Source of the DNA: Naegleria gruberi
Taxonomy: Eukaryota
Strand: one strand, 5' to 3'
DNA: 4,096 nucleotides
Assembly (NCBI GenBank): GCA_000004985.1
Contig: GG739198.1
Position 1 is the stretch's first letter. The number at the start of each line of letters is the position of its first letter. Below are positions 1 through 4,096 of this stretch, piece after piece. The notes beneath the pieces were generated by a model. That model was not told the origin of the DNA. It was given only the letters and a program-made list of their open reading frames with translations, and searched no databases. Made by a program: the position numbers and the translations under genes.

Positions 1-2
1 TA

Positions 3-473
3 TTTTTGCTCTCCAATTTTCACATAGCAGCTGAAATGGTAATGAACTGCCGTCTATATGGTCCATTGTGGTGCAATAACGCATTTATTTTTGAGGCAAT
101 GAATAACATTCTCTCAAAACCCTTCAAATGTGCCAATTCTTTAAGATATTCAATTCTATTCTTTGATATGGTAAATTTGGTACAATTATTGAACTTGAAA
201 CCTCCCAATCGTAAACTAGAATGTGTCTGTGGTAATTATATAATCAATAGCAAAAGAGATTACTTGTTACACACTCCCTCTAAAGAAATTTATCAAGTCA
301 ATTCATTTTCTCCAAATTATTCACAAATTGAGATTCGACATGCTGTTAATGGCACAACAATCACCGTCTCACAAGACACTATCAAACAAGATTTCATACC
401 AGCAATATGCCAGCAAATTAATGGCTCTTTTCACTTCAAACCAATTCACAAAATGGCCTTTACATTATATTAA
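3..473 (+). CDS. Possible coding segment of unknown function (3' end of a gene or a terminal exon). The frame is open to the left window edge, so it is probably 5'-partial; stop TAA at 471-473.
   Basis: About 155 codons without a stop in visibly AT-rich DNA, where stops are frequent by chance. The frame is already open at position 3, and the first ATG in frame is at 36. No competing long frame exists on the minus strand. An AATAAA at 504-509 follows the stop. There is no recognisable protein family, and composition is only moderately protein-like. Confidence 0.3.
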   Translation, partial: FLLSNFHIAAEMVMNCRLYGPLWCNNAFIFEAMNNILSKPFKCANSLRYSILFFDMVNLVQLLNLKPPNRKLECVCGNYIINSKRDYLLHTPSKEIYQVNSFSPNYSQIEIRHAVNGTTITVSQDTIKQDFIPAICQQINGSFHFKPIHKMAFTLY

Positions 474-503
474 ATGTCTTTCCATATTTGGCTTCATCTC
501 TAA

Positions 504-509
504 AATAAA
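504..509 (+). promoter_or_regulatory. AATAAA polyadenylation-signal-like hexamer ~30 nt downstream of the stop at 473.
   Basis: Exact AATAAA in ...ctaaaATAAAcac.... The position fits a 3' processing signal for the 3-473 frame. Such hexamers are common by chance in AT-rich DNA. Confidence 0.2.
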
Positions 510-690
510 CACTTTCTATTTTTGCAACCAGTTTAAAATATTTTTCAAAAAAAATACCTCAACATACTAGTAAGTCGTATCAGTTATCAATTATATTACA
601 TCATTTCAATTCGTTTACAAGACATATCAATTCAAATTTTTATTTCACGTTTTTATAAGAAACTCTTGTCAATTTCCTTGTCATCTTTGA

Positions 691-769
691 TGGTGTGAAA
701 TCTTTTACAATATTAATTCACACGGTGTGAATCTTTCACAGCATTGAGTTTCACTCAGTGTGAAATGGT
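691..769. repeat. Tandem ~32-34 bp repeat (~2.4 units) carrying GTGTGAA(A)T half-sites in alternating orientation. It includes the 17-nt near-perfect palindrome ATTCACAC-g-GTGTGAAT (716-732).
   Basis: Unit A 691-714 tGGTGTGAAATCTTTTACAaTATT aligns with unit B 723-745 cGGTGTGAA-TCTTTCACAgCATT, and with partial unit C 757-769 caGTGTGAAATGG. Forward copies sit at 694-701, 725-732 and 759-766. Reverse-complement copies (TTCACA[C]) sit at 716-723, 735-740 and 749-754. Forward copies are spaced ~32 and ~34 bp apart. Confidence 0.6.
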
Positions 770-850
770 TCAAGATGAAAGATTTCCAACTTGTAAGAAT
801 TATGAATAGTTCAATAAAATTTCAATTTATCAAAAATTAATAATCATTCT

Positions 851-1046
851 GCAACGTCATTGGAGACACTTTTTGAGACGTCATTGAGGACGCTTTTTTT
901 GACGTCTTAATGACTCTCAAATTGACACCGTCAAAATGACGAAAAAAAACGTCATTTTGACGTCCACAACACCGTCCCAATGACACCTTAACAAGCATAA
1001 ACAAAGGCGTCATTCATGACTATAAAATCGTCAAAACAAGCGTCAA
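851..1046. promoter_or_regulatory. Degenerate ~24-bp minisatellite of CRE/bZIP-like (TGACG/ACGTCA) core motifs forming the proximal promoter of the gene starting at 1082.
   Basis: ACGTCA at 854-859, 878-883 and 949-954. Palindromic GACGTC at 901-906 and 959-964. TGACG at 937-941. CGTCA at 929-933, 1009-1013, 1029-1033 and 1041-1045. The GCN4/AP-1-like TGACTC at 911-916. Units align, e.g. 852-875 caACGTCATTGgAGACaCTTTTT with 876-900 agACGTCATTGAgGACgCTTTTTTT, and 926-941 ACACCGTCAAAATGAC with 970-985 ACACCGTCCCAATGAC. Confidence 0.5.
1021..1027 (+). promoter_or_regulatory. TATA box (TATAAAA) ~55 nt upstream of the ATG at 1082.
   Basis: Exact TATAAAA immediately after the motif array. The ATG at 1082 sits in an A-rich context (aaaaaaaaATGa) typical of fungal/protist start sites. 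Confidence 0.4.
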
Positions 1047-1081
1047 CAAAAATGAGCGGGTATTTTATACAATAAAAAAAA

Positions 1082-1743
1082 ATGATTATAAGTGAAAAGG
1101 AAAGCCGAGACTCTGCTGTCGTGCAATTAATCGATTTTAATTTAAATAGAAACGAAAATTCACTAGTTCCTGATCTTTTCCAGAAATTAAACAACACAAT
1201 AAAGAATTCTCCCTCCGTTAAGAATCATTTGAAATTTTCACAAAACTTTGAAAAAATTGGTGTAGTGCTACTGATGGATGATGGTATTGATTTGGTCATA
1301 TCGGAACAGTACGATTGTTTAATTATTAATGATGGAAATTATTTGAAAATTTATAACCTACCACAAGAAGGTGATGGAATTAATTTATCAGTTGATAGAT
1401 TTAAGTGTTTGCTCTCTGTTCAATATGAGTATTCTTTTGCATGCATGAAATTGGTGAATGAAAGAGGTGAGGATTTTATTTATGCAACTGCTAGAGGAGA
1501 TTGTGTAGTAATTAAGATTAGAGTTTCAGATTTGATGAAGGGAGAACCAACATTAATTTGGCAATCGATATTTGCTGTTGAAATTGAGAAATTGGATGTT
1601 TTCAAAAATAAGGTCTACATTACTAGTGGTTCAGAAATTATTATTTTGGATTCAAGCAATGGTCAACCACCTATTATTGAGGTAAATATGCCAGCAATTG
1701 TTGATGGCTATTATCTGAAAATATGTCAGAAAATCAAATATAG
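1082..1743 (+). CDS. Hypothetical protein, 5' portion only; the reading frame continues into the N-run, so the 3' end is unknown. No recognisable family. Alternating hydrophobic beta-strand-like segments each ending in D/G (…YLKIYNL…, …DCVVIKIRVSDL…, …KVYITSGSEIIILD…) weakly suggest a beta-propeller-type fold.
   Basis: A 220-codon stop-free frame in AT-rich DNA. ATG in an A-rich context downstream of the TATA box and motif array. Codon preferences (TTG, GGT, AGA, GAA, AAT) match those of the adjacent actin gene. The frame is still open at 1742-1743 (…ICQKIKY then N). A possible GTAAAT splice-donor-like site at 1682-1687 means an intron cannot be excluded. Confidence 0.5.
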
Positions 1744-2675
1744 NNNNNNNNNNNNNNNNNNNNNNNNNNNNNNNNNNNNNNNNNNNNNNNNNNNNNNNNN
1801 NNNNNNNNNNNNNNNNNNNNNNNNNNNNNNNNNNNNNNNNNNNNNNNNNNNNNNNNNNNNNNNNNNNNNNNNNNNNNNNNNNNNNNNNNNNNNNNNNNNN
1901 NNNNNNNNNNNNNNNNNNNNNNNNNNNNNNNNNNNNNNNNNNNNNNNNNNNNNNNNNNNNNNNNNNNNNNNNNNNNNNNNNNNNNNNNNNNNNNNNNNNN
2001 NNNNNNNNNNNNNNNNNNNNNNNNNNNNNNNNNNNNNNNNNNNNNNNNNNNNNNNNNNNNNNNNNNNNNNNNNNNNNNNNNNNNNNNNNNNNNNNNNNNN
2101 NNNNNNNNNNNNNNNNNNNNNNNNNNNNNNNNNNNNNNNNNNNNNNNNNNNNNNNNNNNNNNNNNNNNNNNNNNNNNNNNNNNNNNNNNNNNNNNNNNNN
2201 NNNNNNNNNNNNNNNNNNNNNNNNNNNNNNNNNNNNNNNNNNNNNNNNNNNNNNNNNNNNNNNNNNNNNNNNNNNNNNNNNNNNNNNNNNNNNNNNNNNN
2301 NNNNNNNNNNNNNNNNNNNNNNNNNNNNNNNNNNNNNNNNNNNNNNNNNNNNNNNNNNNNNNNNNNNNNNNNNNNNNNNNNNNNNNNNNNNNNNNNNNNN
2401 NNNNNNNNNNNNNNNNNNNNNNNNNNNNNNNNNNNNNNNNNNNNNNNNNNNNNNNNNNNNNNNNNNNNNNNNNNNNNNNNNNNNNNNNNNNNNNNNNNNN
2501 NNNNNNNNNNNNNNNNNNNNNNNNNNNNNNNNNNNNNNNNNNNNNNNNNNNNNNNNNNNNNNNNNNNNNNNNNNNNNNNNNNNNNNNNNNNNNNNNNNNN
2601 NNNNNNNNNNNNNNNNNNNNNNNNNNNNNNNNNNNNNNNNNNNNNNNNNNNNNNNNNNNNNNNNNNNNNNNNNNN
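1744..2675. other. Run of 932 N (assembly gap or masked sequence). Content unknowable from this window. It must contain the 3' end of the upstream gene, the actin promoter and the first ~126 actin codons.
   Basis: Literal n characters. The ORF-track 'X' proteins spanning this interval are artefacts of translating N. Confidence 0.99.
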
Positions 2676-3425
2676 TTTAGAGTTCCAGCCATGTATGTTG
2701 CCATTCAAGCTGTCTTGTCCTTGTATGCTTCTGGTAGAACCACTGGTATTGTTTTGGATTCAGGTGATGGTGTTTCTCATACTGTTCCAATTTATGAAGG
2801 TTATGCTTTACCACATGCCATTTTAAGATTGGATTTGGCTGGTCGTGATTTGACTGACTACTTGATGAAGATCTTGATGGAACGTGGATACAGTTTCAAC
2901 ACCAGTGCTGAACGTGAAATTGTAAGAGATATTAAGGAAAAGCTTTGTTATGTTGCCTTTGACTTTGAAACTGAAATGAAGAAAGCATCTGATAGTTCAT
3001 CCATTGATACTTCATATGAATTACCAGATGGTAATATTATCACAGTTGGCAATGAACGATTCAGATGTCCAGAAGTGTTGTTCCAACCAAATTTCATTGG
3101 TATGGAAGCTGCTGGTGTTCATGAAACAACTTTCAATTCTATTGGAAAGTGTGATATTGACATTAGAAAGGATTTATATGCCAATGTTGTACTTTCAGGT
3201 GGTACAACCATGTTTGAAGGAATTGCTGAGAGAATGAACAAGGAATTGACAGCTATGGCTCCAGCCTCAATGAAGATTAAGGTTGTTGCTCCACCAGAAA
3301 GAAAGTATTCAGTTTGGATTGGTGGTAGTATTCTTTCTTCATTATCAACCTTTCAATCTATGTGGATCACAGCAGAGGAGTATGAAGATGCTGGATGTGC
3401 CATCGTTCATAGAAAGTGTTTCTAA
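2676..3425 (+). CDS. ACT1: Actin (conventional actin). C-terminal 249 codons plus stop are visible; 5'-partial into the N-run. No intron in the visible part.
   Basis: The translation [67 protein letters not shown]…[50 protein letters not shown] is collinear, with no indels, with residues ~127-375 of canonical 375-aa actin. Hallmark motifs ([58 protein letters not shown][VI]D[VI][35 protein letters not shown]) are all present. Frame 0 is open from 2676 (TTT = Phe) straight out of the N-run. Stop TAA at 3423-3425. The gene symbol is generic because the organism is unidentified. Confidence 0.96.
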   Translation, partial: FRVPAMYVAIQAVLSLYASGRTTGIVLDSGDGVSHTVPIYEGYALPHAILRLDLAGRDLTDYLMKILMERGYSFNTSAEREIVRDIKEKLCYVAFDFETEMKKASDSSSIDTSYELPDGNIITVGNERFRCPEVLFQPNFIGMEAAGVHETTFNSIGKCDIDIRKDLYANVVLSGGTTMFEGIAERMNKELTAMAPASMKIKVVAPPERKYSVWIGGSILSSLSTFQSMWITAEEYEDAGCAIVHRKCF

Positions 3426-3468
3426 ACCAAGTTTACCCATGTCTATCATAAATATTGTAAATAATCAA

Positions 3469-3474
3469 AATAAA
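3469..3474 (+). promoter_or_regulatory. AATAAA polyadenylation-signal-like hexamer ~45 nt downstream of the actin stop, within an AT-rich stretch (tcataaatattgtaaataatcaaaataaatta).
   Basis: Exact AATAAA, with neighbouring TA-rich elements resembling fungal 3'-end efficiency elements. Weak on its own in AT-rich DNA. Confidence 0.3.
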
Positions 3475-3921
3475 TTATCCTTATTATTCCTTAGTGAAAG
3501 ACTGTCCAAATTAACATTTAACAATCAATTTGAGTACATCAAAGCAAAAAAGACTACAGCACCACAGGTTCCCAAGTTGTCTCCAACCTCAGTACTGATG
3601 TGGCTCGACGATGCTTAACTTCTCAAATCGGACGGGATGAGGTGCATTCATCGTGATATGGCCGTAGCCATTCAATTATTGAAAATTTGAAAAATAAATC
3701 AAATTCAAACATTTTCTTGAAATTCGATAGAGGTTTGTTGTTGTTGGAAAGCTCGTTGAATATCTTGACCAACTTTTGAATTAAAACAACAAGATGAACG
3801 GTAGTGTTAGATAACATTCTGGAGATGTATTTATTGTTGTCTTGATGAAGATTGGCCAAGTAAATGATGCATCATTAATGTTAGGAAGCATGTAAAAATT
3901 CAACTCGACAATCACTACAAA

Positions 3922-4095
3922 TCACTTGAAAAACATTGTCAAAACACCCTTCTTGATGTGGTACAATAACAAATCTTTGTCCTCCCCTTGAAATTGAGCA
4001 AATCTGTTCAAAGGTGTTTTTTGTTTGGTTAAATTAATTTTACTTTCATCTTTCTCCAGCTCTTTGAATGTACGAATGAAAGTTTTCAAACTTTC
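3922..4095 (-). CDS. Possible C-terminal end of a convergently transcribed gene, open to the right window edge. Translation: …ESLKTFIRTFKELEKDESKINLTKQKTPLNRFAQFQGEDKDLLLYHIKKGVLTMFFK*.
   Basis: 57 stop-free codons on the minus strand running in from the window edge to a TGA (reverse complement of tca at 3922-3924). Codon usage (TTG, GGT, AAG, GAA) resembles the other genes. It is below the ORF-track length cut-off, so I translated it by hand. No family recognised. Confidence 0.3.
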   Translation of the reverse strand, partial: ESLKTFIRTFKELEKDESKINLTKQKTPLNRFAQFQGEDKDLLLYHIKKGVLTMFFK

Positions 4096-4096
4096 T

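Noticed and set aside
20-570. 62-aa minus ORF at 20..208 and 80-aa + ORF at 328..570
   Set aside because: They are short, overlap the longer 3-473 frame in other frames, and have low-complexity translations. There is no support for them.
570-575. GTAAGT canonical fungal splice-donor hexamer in the intergenic region
   Set aside because: It is not preceded by an open coding frame; the 3-473 frame has already hit its TAA stop. No TACTAAC-like branch point follows. Probably a chance occurrence.
694-740. Bacterial CRP-like TGTGA-N6-TCACA reading of the GTGTGAA palindromes (e.g. TGTGA-aatctt-TTACA at 694-709)
   Set aside because: The window is eukaryotic: it contains a canonical nuclear actin, TATA and AATAAA signals, and yeast-like codon usage. 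A prokaryotic cAMP-receptor-protein site is therefore not a sensible interpretation. A eukaryotic transcription factor array or a transposon remnant are the live options.
988-1197. 69-aa minus-strand ORF across the promoter and start codon of the 1082 gene
   Set aside because: It overlaps the TATA box, motif array and the start of a much longer, better-supported + strand frame. Its translation is phenylalanine- and isoleucine-rich noise.
1682-1687. GTAAAT as a 5' splice donor inside the 1082 gene
   Set aside because: The frame reads through it without a stop. No branch point or acceptor can be assessed because the downstream sequence is masked. Left as a caveat, not a feature.
1652-2708. Very long ORFs consisting almost entirely of X (1082..2680+ beyond 1743, 1652..2704-, 1734..2708-)
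   Set aside because: These are artefacts of translating the N-run. Only the real-sequence part 1082-1743 is supportable.
3283-3618. 111-aa + ORF, and the 77-aa + ORF at 3004..3237
   Set aside because: Both are alternative-frame ORFs embedded in or overlapping the confidently assigned actin frame, so they are out-of-frame artefacts.
3623-3859. 78-aa minus-strand ORF in the actin 3' intergenic region
   Set aside because: It starts at a TTG, not an ATG. The translation (…NNNKPLSNFKKMFEFDLFFKF…) is low-complexity and AT-driven, and it lies in the 3'-flanking zone of two convergent genes. Most likely spurious.
1-4096. Prokaryotic-style novel system (CRISPR array, defence island, toxin-antitoxin, integron, phage genes)
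   Set aside because: There are no direct-repeat/spacer arrays of CRISPR geometry, no Shine-Dalgarno-linked operon structure, no integrase/transposase-like frames and no tRNA. The content is a eukaryotic housekeeping locus. The only repeat structures are the two promoter motif arrays described above.

Overview
This is AT-rich eukaryotic nuclear DNA, not a prokaryotic accessory region. The clearest feature is the 3' two-thirds of a conventional actin gene at 2676-3425 on the + strand. It is collinear, without gaps or introns, with actin residues ~127-375 and ends ...IVHRKCF*. Its 5' end runs in-frame into a 932-nt run of N at 1744-2675. That run also truncates an upstream same-strand gene of unknown function at 1082-1743+. 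Upstream of that gene lies a ~600-bp AT-rich intergenic region with two tandem motif arrays. The first (691-769) is a ~32-bp unit repeated ~2.4 times, carrying alternating-orientation GTGTGAA(A)T / TTCACAC half-sites and including a 17-nt near-perfect palindrome. The second (851-1046) is a degenerate ~24-bp minisatellite with ~12 CRE/bZIP-like cores (ACGTCA, GACGTC, TGACG, TGACTC). It ends at a TATAAAA box ~55 nt before the ATG. A long stop-free frame at 3-473+ is open to the left window edge and may be a gene 3' end. A short minus-strand frame at 3922-4095 is open to the right window edge and may be the end of a convergent gene. Codon usage in the confident coding parts is yeast-like (TTG, AGA, GGT, CCA, GCT preferred). 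The actin sequence, however, is closer to animal/protist actins than to Saccharomycotina actin, so taxon and gene symbols are uncertain. I see no CRISPR array, no tRNA or rRNA, no transposase and no defence-type gene cluster. I cannot support a novel 'system' here. The observations worth a second look are the two promoter motif arrays, the masked gap, and a small G/C-rich hairpin-bearing island in the actin 3' intergenic region.
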